Notes: a model not told the origin generated them from the sequence alone. DNA of 63,978 nt, filler included, from Octopus bimaculoides (GCF_001194135.2; 9 parts of 9 records of this genome joined end to end with filler, not necessarily neighbours in it); one strand, 5' to 3'; positions 1 to 12,737 are shown, counted from the whole stretch's first letter. Translations and numbers: made by a program.

Positions 1-57
<57 letters not shown>

Positions 58-250
58 CTGACGGCTGAATTGACAGTGAACAATAAGGAAAGTGAGTGTG
101 AAGGAGTAAAACGTGTGTGGGTTCTGAGAACAGAACACACACACGAGTGAAATGAATGCTTTATAATGGTTAAATTAGGCATGCATACGTGTGTTTGTTT
201 ATGTGTATATGTGTGCGTGCGCGCGCATACACATACATACATATATAAAC

Positions 251-284
<34 letters not shown>

Positions 285-582
285 TATACATGCACGCACA
301 CATATAGGCATACAAACCACACAAAATTACGTGTATATATGTGTAAGTGTGTTTGTGTGTGTGTGTGTGTGTACATGCATGTATGTATACATGCGTGTGT
401 GTATGTATACATGCATGTATATGTATATATGTCTATATGTGTGTGTATGAATATATGTATATATATATATATATATATNNNNNNNNNNNNNNNNNNNNNN
501 NNNNNNNNNNNNNNNNNNNNNNNNNNNNNNNNATATATACATGAGTATGTGTGTGTGTGTGTGTGTGTGTGTGCGTGCATGT
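1..582. repeat. Microsatellite block: (AG)n at 1-55, then (AT)n/(GT)n mosaics around an N gap
   Basis: Directly visible dinucleotide runs; the ORFs at 166-690 are translations of these runs. Confidence 0.95.
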
Positions 583-1265
583 GACTAATACCCTTTGTGC
601 CACCACCAATCTCCCGACGAATGTTAATGCCACTTTCTTATTTCTTTTGAATGATAAACATCTCAATATCAACCCCCATATACGATACACAATTAGAAAA
701 GCCTAACTTATAATTCGTTCCTTGTTTCTAATGGAATTAAAACAAATATAACAGCAATACGTACCGCAAATAAGATAAAGAAGACAGAATTTTAAAAAAT
801 AACGAATATATGTGTGTGAGTGCTTGTTTCTATATTTGAAAAGTGTGCATATGTGTGAGCGAGTGAAGCACAGAAAAAAAAAGATGATAATTAGATACTT
901 TAAAAAAGGCTAAAACATCCAAAAGTAACGTTTTTTGTTTTCATCTCTCACGTTCCTTTTGCCGGCCTAAACACAAACAGAACAAAAAACGGATTCGGGA
1001 ATTATGGGAAGAACTAATTCGCCTTCAGACGCCAGTAAAACAATCGAACAATATTTTAAATGGAAACAGATTCTTTACGAGAACTTGATCGCGCAAGTAA
1101 AGACGTTCGTGGTAGTAGCGGTGGTTGGTGACCGTTTTAGTGATTGTATGATCGTAAAGTTTATTGGAAAACTACGTTGTAGTTCTGCTAGCTTCTTTCA
1201 GAATTATGAATGCAGTTAAGCCAATAGGACAAGAAGAAAACACTCGATGAGAAAGAATTTACAAT

Positions 1266-1478
1266 AAGGCGACGATCTGGCAAAAGCGTTGGAGCGTCGG
1301 GAAAAATGCCTTGCAATATTTGTTCCTGGCTCTTTACATACTGTTGGTGTCAGTTTTCCTTTTCATTTCTCAGGGGTCGATAAAATAGTGTACCAATCAA
1401 TTACAGGAATCGATATATTCGACTAACTCCTCCCCTTCAAAGATTGATGGTATTCTGTCTAAATTAGAAGCTATTATT
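1266..1478 (+). mobile_element. Degenerate tRNA-derived SINE, family A (OK-like octopus SINE)
   Basis: AGGCGACGATCTGGCAAAAG head and GGGGTCGATAAAATAGTGTACC body, shared with many copies in the window. Confidence 0.7.
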
Positions 1479-1490
1479 TAAACTGTCAAA

Positions 1491-1706
1491 AGCGGGGAGC
1501 TGGCAGAATCGTTAGCACGCTGGACGAAATACTTAGCGGTATTTCGCCCGTCGCTACGTTCTAAGTTCAAATTCCGCCGAGGTCGACTTTGCCTTTCATC
1601 CCTTCGGGGTCAATAAATTAAGTACTAGTGAAACACTAGGGTTGATGTAATTCCTATACCCCTCCACCAAATTTCAGGCCTTGTGCCTATATTAGAAAGG
1701 ATTATT
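1491..1706 (+). mobile_element. tRNA-derived SINE, family A (OK-like), near full length
   Basis: A-box-like GAGCTGGCAGAATCG, B-box-like GTTCAAATTCC, GAGGTCGACTTTGCCTTTCATCC core, GGCCTTGTGCCTA tail. Confidence 0.85.
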
Positions 1707-1720
1707 TAAAGTGTCATTTT

Positions 1721-1875
1721 GAAGGCGGTGAATTGGCAGATTCGTTTTTGAACATCAGACTGAATGAATGCCACGCGGTATTTATTATGAGTTTTTGAAA
1801 TGTGAATTCAAATCCCGTCGAGGTCAACTTCAGATTTCGTGCTTTTGGGGTCGATAAAAAAAGTACCAGTCTAAG
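1721..1875 (+). mobile_element. SINE family A copy (3' truncated)
   Basis: GAAGGCGGTGAATTGGCAGA head, GAGGTCAACTT, GGGGTCGATAAAAAAGTACCAG. Confidence 0.8.
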
Positions 1876-2280
1876 ATGGTGAATTGGAGGGAAGTGTTAG
1901 AGGGGGCAAGTAAACTGCCTTGCAGTATTTGTTCCGGCCTTTGGGGTTTTGACAGCAACGCCCACGGGACACTGATACTATGCTGTATCGGACCGAATCA
2001 AAGATCTTTCGTTTGAACAAACGTTGCTATCATAGAGCGGGCTGTCATCTATGCACGTACACATGCATAGTCAACCTTGACTAGCTGAGGCCTTATAAAT
2101 AACATTTGGAACGATATAAATATAATGGTAGATCGATTCCTTTTCCCATTTTTGCTATTAAAAAAAAGCCGTCATTGATATAAAACACTGAAGAACATGT
2201 TTATGTGTGTTTTAATCTTTCATATTTTGTCAATTGAAAGGCAAAGTCGACCCCGATATAATTTGAACTCGCCAATCTAT

Positions 2281-2710
2281 AGACGAATGTTTAGAGTGGA
2301 GCCATTCACTCTAACCATCTTTTCACAAATTCCCTTTCCACCCTCACATTCCTTTCCAAGTGAAATTTAAAACAGTCGGTGAAGGTTTGACGAAGACGAA
2401 GGCGGTGTTCTTCAATCCTTTCAGCCTCGTCCACCACACAACCTCTTTCGCCATACTCACTAGATAGAGGAACACCGTTTGCCCTACCTTCTTAAAGGTG
2501 GGTGGTGGGACAATCCTCATGATAAAGTCAGCCGATAGTCGGATTCATTCCACACGCGATAACAGCTGTTCGGCATAACTCCACAACTCAGCAGTACTCG
2601 GAGACTGCACGAGTGCGTGCAGAACGATACCGCCGCTCTGCGCACATCTCAGACAGTCCCGCCTGACAGCGCTTCTGTGCCAGTAGAGCTTATCTCGAAC
2701 CGGCAGGACT
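2281..2710 (-). mobile_element. L1/Tx1-type LINE 3' fragment (C-terminal zinc-knuckle region), decayed
   Basis: Minus-strand translation LPVRDKLYWHRSAVRRDCLRCAQSGGIVLHALVQSP...LWSYAEQLLSRVE*IRLSADFI...AKEVVWWTRLKGL resembles the L1-Tx1 ORF2 C-terminus (zf-RVT CxxC-H-C, last Cys lost); in-frame stop. Confidence 0.7.
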
Positions 2711-2720
2711 GATAATGATA

Positions 2721-2943
2721 ATATTGGTTTCAAATATTGACACAGAGCCAGCATTTTCCGTGTTGGGGTTAAATCGATTATATTGACCTCAGTACTCAAC
2801 TGGTACTTATAATATCAACCCCGGAAAGATGAAAGGCATAGTCGACCTCGATATAATTGGAACTCAGAACAGAACGTAAAGACGGACGAAGTGCAGCTAA
2901 GTAGTTTGTCTGGTGTGCTAACAATTCTGTTAGTTCGCCGCTT

Positions 2944-2944
<1 letters not shown>
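2721..2944 (-). mobile_element. SINE family A copy
   Basis: Reverse complement of the family A head and core. Confidence 0.8.
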
Positions 2945-2975
<31 letters not shown>

Positions 2976-2995
2976 ATGATAATAATAATAATAAT

Positions 2996-3207
2996 GGTTT
3001 TAAATTTTGCTACAAGGGCAGCCATTTTGGGGGAGGGGATGTGTCGATTACATCGACCCTAGTGTTCAGCTGGTATTTAATTTATCGACCCGAAGTGATG
3101 AAAGACAAAGTCGACTTCGGTGGAATTTGAACTCAGATGGGAGCGACGAGTGAAATACCGCTAAGCATTTCGTCCAGCGTGCTAACGATTCTGCCAGCTC
3201 ACCGCCT
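2996..3207 (-). mobile_element. SINE family A copy
   Basis: GATGAAAGACAAAGTCGACTTCGGTGGAATTTGAACTCAG...ATTCTGCCAGCTCACCGCC; flanked by (ACT)n/(AAT)n. Confidence 0.85.
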
Positions 3208-3208
3208 T

Positions 3209-3274
<66 letters not shown>

Positions 3275-3299
3275 TTGAGGAGACCGCTCATAAATATAA

Positions 3300-3514
3300 T
3301 CGTTCCTACTATAGGCACAAGGCCTGGATTTTTGTGGGGAAGAGGACACTCGATCACGTTGAATCCATTACTTGACTGGTACTTAATTTATCGACCCCGA
3401 GAGGATGAAAGGCAAAGTCAACCTCAGCAGAATTTGAACTCAAAACGTAAAGATGGACGAAATACCGCTAAGCATTTTGCCCGGTGTGTTAGCGATTCTG
3501 CCAGCTCGCCGCTT
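3300..3514 (-). mobile_element. SINE family A copy
   Basis: GATGAAAGGCAAAGTCAACCTCAGCAGAATTTGAACTC...ATTCTGCCAGCTCGCCGC. Confidence 0.85.
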
Positions 3515-4580
3515 TGGATCGCTCATAAATATAATGCGCTCAACTAGTTTCTTTTTGTCATTGATCGTTATTAAACTTTGACGACAGATAAATAAAATGT
3601 CGAATTCTTGTGCTTCTGATATGATGATAAAAGTTGTTTTCCTTTCAATACTAAATTGAAATATTATTGTACTTCGATTTTTGAAAGAGGTAACTCAAAG
3701 ATCTAATTATCAAGACTTGTTCAGATTTGTGTATCTTCTTTAGTAAGACAACGAACATTCATTTATGTAAAACAATAGAATATTATAAACAACAAAAAAG
3801 AGTAAAATACCAAAAGGAAAAAAAAAGATGGGAAAGTAAATGACATCTAGGTAAAAGATATTTTTCTCGGTGTAGCTCATATATATTTTAGGTGACTCGA
3901 ACCATTCGGCTGAAGATCACTACTTTTGGGGTCAAAGAATAGAAAAGTCGGCGATCGTTGCTTATAAAGAGGCCCCCATCTCCCATTCCTACCAGAAGCT
4001 GCAAATACGAGAAGATTAAAATAACATCTCAACGATGCAAGGAATCTCATCGGCTGTCCTTTTGTGTTTGCATTCGCGTCTTGTTTAAATATACGAACGT
4101 GTGGAGTACATTATCTACTAATTACTGCAAAATGTCAGTAAACGGGCTAACGAGGGAACTTCTACATAGACGCTCGATCTGGTAGAAACAGCAGTTAAGT
4201 GTATTCAAATTAAATGCTACTGTCATTTTATTTTTAAGAACACTTACGAATGCGCCGAATAATAGGCGTCTTGGGTCAAGGTTATGTAGGCAAAGAACAT
4301 TTATATATAAATGACTTATTTATATGTTACAGATATAATATAAAATACAACGGCACTATCAATATCAAAGACAGTAAGACAAAGTATGCATTCACAACAT
4401 GGTAGACAAAGAATATTTGCTTAATTTGGATTTTACGACTGATTTGAAATTACAAACAAAATAGACTTTATAAAGTTGTTGTCAAGCTCTGCTCGAACAA
4501 ACATTTGATCAAAGCCATTACATCCGTCACAATCACGCAGTTTAAAAAAAAAAAATTTTATGTATAATATATCTAAACGT

Positions 4581-4967
4581 GGAGGCGCAATGGCCCAGTG
4601 GTTAGGGCAGCGGATTCGCGGTCATAGGATCGCGGTTTCGATTCCCAGACCGGGCGTTGTGAGTGTTTATTGAGCGAAAACACCTAAAGCTCCACGAGGC
4701 TCCGGCAGGGGATGGTGGCGAACCTTGCTGTACTCTCGCACCACAACTTTCTCTCACTCTTACTTCCTGTTTCTGTTGTGCCTGTAATTCAAAGGGTCAG
4801 CCTTGTCACACTGTGTCACGCTGAATATCCCCGAGAACTACATTAAGGGTACACGTGTCTGTGGAGTGCTCAGCCACTTGCACGTTCATTTCACGAGCAG
4901 GCTGTTCCGTTGATCGGATCAACTGGAACCCTCGACGTCGTAAACGACGGAGTGCCAACAACAACAA
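4581..4967 (+). mobile_element. Full-length tRNA-derived SINE, family B, with (AAC)n tail
   Basis: GGAGGCGCAATGGCCCAGTGGTTAGG A box, GGTTTCGATTCC B box, 3' GATCAACTGGAACCCTCGACGTCG...GGAGTGCC(AAC)n; further copies at 31861-32205, 41005-41299 and 54695-55000. Confidence 0.85.
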
Positions 4968-5294
4968 TAATATATCTAACATTAAATTATCTTAGTTTGC
5001 TCTTCACTTCTTTCTTAAGACGGATGAGTGTGATTGAAGTGAGATTTGGGTGTTATTTCTTTCGGTTCGAAGAAACGCATTAATTAATATTCCTGAGAAG
5101 AAGAGGAAAAAATGTGTTTCTCTCAAAAGTTAAGTAAACCTCTGATTCCCCTTCACAATATACAAGCTTGTGATAAATATTTCATTTTTCTCTTTATGTG
5201 GTGTATTTGATTTCCCTTCTTCTGTGAGTGAATTTGGTTGACAGAAACTGTGTGGAGGACTGTAGTATGCATACGTGTATGCATACATACAAAC

Positions 5295-5515
5295 ATGTGT
5301 CTTTGTGTTTGTACTACCACCACCACATAACAACCGGTGTTGGTCTGTTTACGTCTCCGTAATATGGTGGTTCTGCAAAAGAGGCCGATAGAGTAAATAC
5401 CAGACTTAACAAATAAGTACTAGGGTTGATTTGATCGACTAAATCCTGCAAGACGGTGCCCCAGTGTGGCTGCACTCCACTGCCTGGAACAAGTAAAAAA
5501 GATGAATGATATTCA
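5295..5515 (+). mobile_element. 3' half of SINE family C (OR1/OR2-like)
   Basis: CAACCGGTGTTGGTCTGTTTACGTCTCCGTAA...GATTTGATCGACTAAA...GGTGCCCCAG...AACAAGTAAAA matches the copy at 32295-32685. Confidence 0.7.
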
Positions 5516-5575
5516 ATCCAGCCTATACGTCTATAGGTATACCTGTAATTATTGGATTGTTGGAGCACTTAGTTA

Positions 5576-6461
5576 TTAGGTCGTCAAGTATGAAATTTGT
5601 AGTAAGGTATATGGTAAACTTTGACAGCTGCTCATTTTGCGCTTTATGAAATATTTATAAATCGTTTTTGGCTAATTTTGTTTAGAGATAAGTCGGAAAT
5701 TCGTACAGTTTGGAAATATGAATTCTTTCTTGGAAATAGAGCATCACAGACAGCTCGGAATATTAATGGAGTATTTCATTCTAATGTTATTACACAGCAG
5801 ATAGTATCAAATTGATTTGCAAAATTTCGTTCTGGTAACTTTGACCTCACAAAAGAGCAACGCTGTCGACCAGAAACAAAGGTGGATAACAACAAACTGA
5901 AAGCCACCGTCGAGTCAGATCCATCTCAAAGTGCCCGTGAATTATCGTTGTTGTTTGGTGTTAGCAAGCAAACAATATTGACTCGCCTAGTTCAAATCGG
6001 TAAAGTGAAAAAGTTGGATAAGTGGGTTTCACATGAACTCAATGAAAATTAGAAACAGCAACGTTTGGAAGCCTGCATTATGCTACTTCCTCGTCACAAA
6101 AATGAATCATTTTTTAAATCGAATTGTAACATGTGATGAGAAATGGATCTAATACAACACCCGTAAACGTTCATCACAATGGCTGGACAATGACGAATCA
6201 CCAAAACACAGTCCAAAAAGCAAAATTCATCAAAAGAAGCTGATGATGTGTGTTTGGTGGTCTGGCGCAGGTGTGATCCATTATGATTTCCTTAAACCTG
6301 GCTCATTAATCATAGCCGAAGTATACTGCAGTCAAAAACAGCCTAGATTAGTCAACAGATCCACTTCTATTTTATTGCAAGACAACGCCAGACCACACAT
6401 CGCAAAAATGACATTGGCGAAACTACAGGAGTCGGAGTTGAAAGTTCTCCATCATCCACCA
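5576..6461 (+). mobile_element. Mariner (Hsmar1/cecropia-like) element: left TIR and decayed transposase, 3' truncated
   Basis: TA+TTAGGTCG TIR start; translation DKSEIRTVWKYEFFLGNRASQTARNIN...KLDKWVSHELNEN*...RIVTCDEKWI*Y...KKLMMCVWWSGAGVIHY...ILLQDNARPH...HHPP; stops, frameshift and no start codon. Confidence 0.92.
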
Positions 6462-6462
6462 C

Positions 6463-6520
<58 letters not shown>
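6463..6520. repeat. (GATA)n microsatellite
   Basis: Directly visible. Confidence 0.95.
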
Positions 6521-6521
<1 letters not shown>

Positions 6522-6614
6522 ATGAGAGACAGACAGATTGGGACAGAGAGAAACTGAAATGAGCAACAAAAACTCGATGTACAAAAGGGATATCGATACA
6601 GATAACCCTTGAAG

Positions 6615-6949
6615 AGTTTTAGTCGAACAAATCGACCCCAGGGCATATTTCTTAAGCCTATTACTTATTCCAACGGTATCTTTTGCCGAACCGCTAAGTT
6701 ATGGGGACGTAAACGCACCAGCACCAGTTGTGAAGCGGCGGTGGAGGACAAAGAAGACACGAAGACGTGCGCATGCGCACACATTAATACGACGAGCTTC
6801 TTTTAGTTTGCGTCTATTAAATCCATTCACAAGGCTTTGGTCGGCCAGAGGGTATAGTCGAAGGCACCTGCCCAGTGTGCCACGCAGTGGGACTGAACCT
6901 GGAACTATGTGGTTGGGAAGCAAGCAAGCATCTTGCCACAAAGTCACTC

Positions 6950-6955
<6 letters not shown>
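6615..6955 (-). mobile_element. SINE family C (OR1/OR2-like CORE-type), near full length
   Basis: Reverse complement of GCAGGAGTGAC...TTCCCAACCACATAGTTCCAGGTTCAGTCCCACTGCGTGGCACACTGGGCAGGTG...ACCAAAGCCTTGTGAATGGATTT. Confidence 0.85.
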
Positions 6956-6989
<34 letters not shown>

Positions 6990-7012
6990 GTATGTATATG
7001 TGTGAATATATG

Positions 7013-7051
<39 letters not shown>

Positions 7052-7860
7052 NNNNNNNNNNNNNNNNNNNNNNNNNNNNNNNNNNNNNNNNNNNNNNNNN
7101 NNNNNNNNNNNNNNNNNNNNNNNNNNNNNNNNNNNNNNNNNNNNNNNNNNNNNNNNNNNNNNNNNNNNNNNNNNNNNNNNNNNNNNNNNNNNNNNNNNNN
7201 NNNNNNNNNNNNNNNNNNNNNNNNNNNNNNNNNNNNNNNNNNNNNATATATACATACATGCATGCATACATACATACATATGTACATATATATGTATATG
7301 TGTGTGTATATATCAAGAAAATTTGAAGGAGAAAGATGAAACAGACGATTGACAGAATTTTCAATAAATAGGAAAAAATAGCATGTAAAATACAAAAATG
7401 ATTCTAAGAAAAATAAAAAAATAGAATTTTAAAATAGATATAAATTGAAATATAGTTTGCGCGTTGTTAAACAGAAAACTAAAATAAAACGAAACATGAA
7501 ATCCTGTGTAAACATCTATTCAGAAGAGAGTAGCGGCAGCTATTTTTATTTACAGACAATTGCTATCTAAGATTACAAGCAAAATATATGAAATTCAACC
7601 AGTTAATCAACCTCATTAAAGTTAATGAAACGAATCGAGGAAACATAAGAAAGGGACAAGACAATATGACGTCTCAGTCTTTTTAAAACCTCATTTGATG
7701 TTTACAGCTGCTTCATACTTGATGTTGTTGTTTAGATTGTTTTATTGGTTTAAATTCTTCTAGATAGTATTTCTTCTTTTATCTTCTCACTACATGTCTT
7801 TCCAATTTTTTAATTTTTTTTATGCCTGTTTGTTTATTTTTGCATTTTATTTTCGTTTGC

Positions 7861-8182
7861 CAAATACCAGGAGCTGGTAGAGTTGTGCAGAAACCAGGGC
7901 TGGCTAGTAGATCTGTTGCGAAGCAATTCAAGTGGAGTGCGAGAATTTTGTGGGGCGTTCGGTCTGCAAAGCTCTGAAAGGGCTTGAGTGGAGCAAAGAA
8001 GAGAGCAATAAATTTCATTACTAAAGTGAAGAGATGGTGACGAGGCGGCTTTGGATAAAATGGGTGGACTGATGGTTTGTTGCTACAAGGATACAAGATG
8101 GGACTTGGTCAACCCCTATTGGGTCATTTGGTGAGGGAGTTTGGCCCAAGAAACATCGTTTATGCTGCATCCCAGAGCATCC
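7861..8182 (+). mobile_element. HERO-like (R2-group, restriction-like endonuclease) LINE 3' fragment, decayed
   Basis: KYQELVELCRNQGW, then frameshifted remnants of the E-V-G-C-R-G-F and R-x-L-W-I-K motifs; the 3' UTR GGTCAACCCCTATTGGGTCATTTGGTGAGGG...CATCCCAGAGCATCC resembles HERO 3' ends as recalled. Confidence 0.6.
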
Positions 8183-8334
8183 GCAAAAATATCTTGGAAC
8201 TATATTCTTAGTTTCGTTTTTTGTTTTGTTCAACTCCAGGTTGATCCTTATCAAGCAAACTTATGGTCAAAGCATTGAACAGCCATGACTAACCTATCTT
8301 TTCTAGGGAGCATGTTGGAATATATTATTTAAAA

Positions 8335-8661
8335 CAGTGTTTCTCAACCCGGATCCATATGACCCCAGAATTTCCATATAAGATTTTTAGGGGTCTACAC
8401 AGGCACAATAGTAAATTTGGGATCCGCAGTAGTATCTTAGGGGTCCCTGAAAAAAACTCTGCTTTAGATGTTTTTATTGCAAGAAACTACTAGGTTTCTT
8501 TCTCTAACATTATACATAATTCAAACTACACAAGTAAATGTTTGAAAAAACAAAAATGAGTTTTGAAAAAGAAGTATCTATAAAACTAGTTTTTAAACAT
8601 CAAGTGGCTATGGAAATTCAAAAGAATAGAATAATAGGTAAAAAATGGTTGACAACCACTG
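8335..8661 (+). mobile_element. Non-autonomous hAT (Charlie-like) MITE
   Basis: Imperfect 15-bp TIRs CAGTGTTTCTCAACC ... GGTTGACAACCACTG; 8-bp flanks only partly similar (ATTTAAAA / ATCAAAAG). Confidence 0.7.
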
Positions 8662-11464
8662 ATCAAAAGCGTGTCCCTCCCTTTTAAGGTGTGATTTGAG
8701 GAAGATTTAGCTCTTATTTTCAGGAGATCGAGTGGCTCACATTTAGACTCTCTTTGTTGATATCAGAAGCATCTCTAATCTTAAACTAAGATTGGGTCTC
8801 ATGTAAGTAGAATGAAGTGTCTTGTTCAGAGATACAACATAACCAGCAGCAGAAAATAGAAAAACTATTATCTGAGAGACACGAGATTGTTACTGTAAAT
8901 ATATTTCCCTAGCTTTTAAGACTCGCCTAATCGTAACATATTCCATACACACACAAACATGCTCCAGACTCAGCTTTGGAAAACAGACGATGACAATCAA
9001 CTAAATAATTATTGTAAATGATAGAAAAACTTAGATTGCTACGAATTATATTCGCATTTTCTAGAAGAATAAACATCTTTAAAAATTTGATATTTCACTA
9101 CCTATCATCTATTAAATGAAGTATAGTCTGTTCTTTAAAAGGTTTTCCAGTCATGCAATTAAAAGGCTGATGCTTAAGTTAAAGAAATTATTTGATTTTA
9201 AATTAATAAAAAAGAAATGTATTTCATCCATCTTTCTAACATCTCCTGCGTTGGTAATTCTACGAAATTAAAGAACCTCTTACTTGGTCACATATGTTAA
9301 AAATAGCAGTGAAATCTCGATCAAATTGCATCTTCCTTTCTTAAAAATAAAAAGAATACATTGGATAATGTATCCTTCGATGTACAGCCTCGGCAAAAAA
9401 GAAAAAAAACGTAATAGCCTCGTGTTTTTGATCATGTATGCTTGTCCAGGGCTGACTTGGAGCTTGACAACATATTCTAGCCAACAAAGAAGCATGTATG
9501 CCTTCATTCAACCTGCTAAAATAGGAGTTAAAATATCATTCAAACCAGATCCTAATCTCTTTAAAATGGGAGGATATTACACAATGTAGTCCTAGATATG
9601 CAAAAAGATGCTTTGGTCATGTGTCTATTGTCAGAGCTGACAGCAACGACAATAATATAAACTATTTTATTACAATGATTAAAACGGTGTTTTAATAAAT
9701 ATAAAGGATGAGCTAAAGATGGTAAAACAACTAGCAAAAAATTGTGAATGTGTGAGAAAATCAAAACTCTAATCCATTTCTTTTTAAATACACCACTGAA
9801 TAAAGAACATAGATCTTAGACTAGTTGATGAAATGTGCGATTTAAGAAATGCTGGATCATTACGTTTTTTGTTGGTAACGATAGGTTTCTGTTTTGATGG
9901 CGCTTTTGGAGATGAAAGTATTCTAAATAAATTGTCCGTTTAACGTCTTGACGAGTGTTGAAACGACTTTGGTATTAGTATAATAAAAAAAAAACATATT
10001 GATATTATGATTAGATGTGTGTATGTGTGAGTGTTCATTATACTGGCATTGATTCATTAAATCCAATATAGTTTTATTATATCATATTGATTGTGTGTGT
10101 GTGTGTGAGTGTGAGTATATATGTACGAATATATATATTTATCCATACTGTAACAGAGAAAGCTGCTTATTAAATATCTTGGATCATTCAACTTTTACTA
10201 AAAGAAAGCAATTGTCGAGAAAATTCTTACGAATTCCAGTTTCAATATATTTTTTATCAAAATGTGGTTTCCAAGTTTCTCATATTATTGAAGATTTCAA
10301 CTAATCTTAATTCACTGCGAGATAGCATTTTTCACAATCTTATAGCGCATTATAGTGGGGTTGTTTTTCAACATCTTACTTCTTTCTTTCTATTCTTATA
10401 AATTTTCCTCTATCACTGTTGTATTCATTTTAGCGTTTTTAAACATCTTCCTTCTCTCTCACTCTTTCCTCTATCTCTATATCGCTTTCTCTCTCTCTAT
10501 CTCTGTTTCTCTTTCTCTCTGTAATGGTTACAAAGTTTTCTTTTAGATACATCGAGAATGCTTATGATACATTAGAAGATATTTAGACACATCGAGAATA
10601 TATCTATTTATCATATCAAAATTACATAGAAATTTTATTATTTAAAGTTTCATTCGGTTATACACTATATATGTAAACGGTGGTCCTTTGATTAGTAAAA
10701 ACCCTGGGTTATTTTCTGTGCCTCTGTCGATTTTACGTTTATTGTAAGGTAATATATTGATTTCATTTAGTATATTGATTATAATACAATAAATACACAA
10801 TACATACTGCGCTATTTGTTTCGCCATTACAATTCTTCAGTTCAACACATACCAGCAGAAAATCGCCCAGAGGTGGTGTTTCTGCTACTATCTATAATGA
10901 ATCAATAGTTACGTTGTATCAATGTTGCAGCAATGATAGAATATTTGTAAAATGATATTGGTATAACGAAGCAATGCTCGTCACCCGTGACAATCAAGTT
11001 CTGGATTAATTCTCGTAAACTATAGTACAGAAAAGATAAAAAAAAAGATGATTGCTGTTAATGAGGTATAAGCCAACAGCATCTTCAATGTCATGACTCA
11101 CCATCATACGACGTGTAGTCGCCGCTTCATGTGAAGTACGAATTTTTGTTGCATTCCATAAATGCATGGGGCATGTGAACATCCGAAATAATTCTAATTG
11201 GTTTAAATCTGTCATTATATATATTAAGCTTTAAATCATTGGCATATCATTTATTAAACTGTTTCGCCAATAATTTTAAACGACGTTTGTGACATCAATA
11301 TTACTATCAGGAATTGAAATAATAAAAATATAGCTTTTGTTCTTGTATACAATTGTGTGCTACAATTGTGCGTCAATTGTGTGCTACAAATGGAATTTCA
11401 AAATGAGATAGATGAATAGTTATTAGAGCTGATTAATCAATAAATCATATTTGGGGGTGTTTAA

Positions 11465-11503
<39 letters not shown>

Positions 11504-12144
11504 ATCTGTCTTTGTGTCAGTATTCATGCTTACAAGAGTGCAACTGAGGTTGCGTCGAAAAATTGAATTTATACAGATCAATATAAGTATCAAGCTGAGA
11601 TTGATATGATCGACAAAAACCTCTGAAGAGAAGTTGGTGTCCCAACATGACCACAGTCTCTATGACTGAAACCAATAAAAGAGTACGTTGATATGTATCA
11701 TTAAATTCAAATATAGATGTTGTTTCCTGAACCTTTTTTGAGATTCCCTTTTTAATTGACAGAGTAGCTCAAGCTCTGTGTGATGTTTACCAATCATTTA
11801 CTTGGGAGTGTTGCAAGAATTATGATCTTTCTAAGATTTCTTAGCATATGTTTGCTGTGTAACTTGAGGATTATATCAGTATAAATGCAAATACATATAA
11901 TATACGTACACAAGCAGTATTCAAATTAATTCAAGGTACATGTTTGTCTTTTCTGCAAGTTCAGTGCAAGTTTTCTCAACTACCGGACTAATGAGAACCA
12001 CAACAATATATATAAATATTAGTTTTTATGCTACCCAATATGTTTCTTATTGGAATATTCGTTCCATTAATGTTGTTTTAAAAGTGTTATAAACACTCTA
12101 TGCCAATGGCCTTTCTTTCAGAGCAATTCATCTGAAGTATTACT

Positions 12145-12671
12145 TATTCTTCATCAACCTAACGATTAATTGTCGTTCTTATACATCGCTGGTCACAATG
12201 CATTCTCATTCTTCCTTTGATTATGCCACCTTTCTTCATTTGGACACGACCCGTTTAGCTATGTTGTCTTCCTATCGTCTTCCGTGTAGTCCCTTCTGAT
12301 CACTTAGACAGCGGCACTGTTCAACCTGTTGCCTGTGAACCTTGTGAAACGTTCAGCTCAGCGGAACTTGCGTGTTCGATATTCGGCGGTCACACCGTTC
12401 ACTCACTCCATTTTCGGATGGTTACCACGTTTCGGATATTTTCCTGCAATGATATTCTTAGTATAGATTTTCTTATGATCTCTGCATCGTAGCTAAGCGC
12501 TGTTCTTCGTTTCTTTGTACTCGTCAACGTCTCACCTGTGTGTAAGCGCTCTAGCAGGACGGTACTATTGAGGAGACTAGCATACTACGTCTCATTCAGT
12601 AGAGCATTGAACATATTTTTAATTTAGACAAACGCCTCTCTGTGCAAGATTTCAGTGTTCATGTCTCAACA

Positions 12672-12737
<66 letters not shown>

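Noticed and set aside
3890-4110. Possible Tc1-like remnant (IFKQDA...RSPTF) on the minus strand
   Set aside because: Motif matches are too weak and no TIR was found
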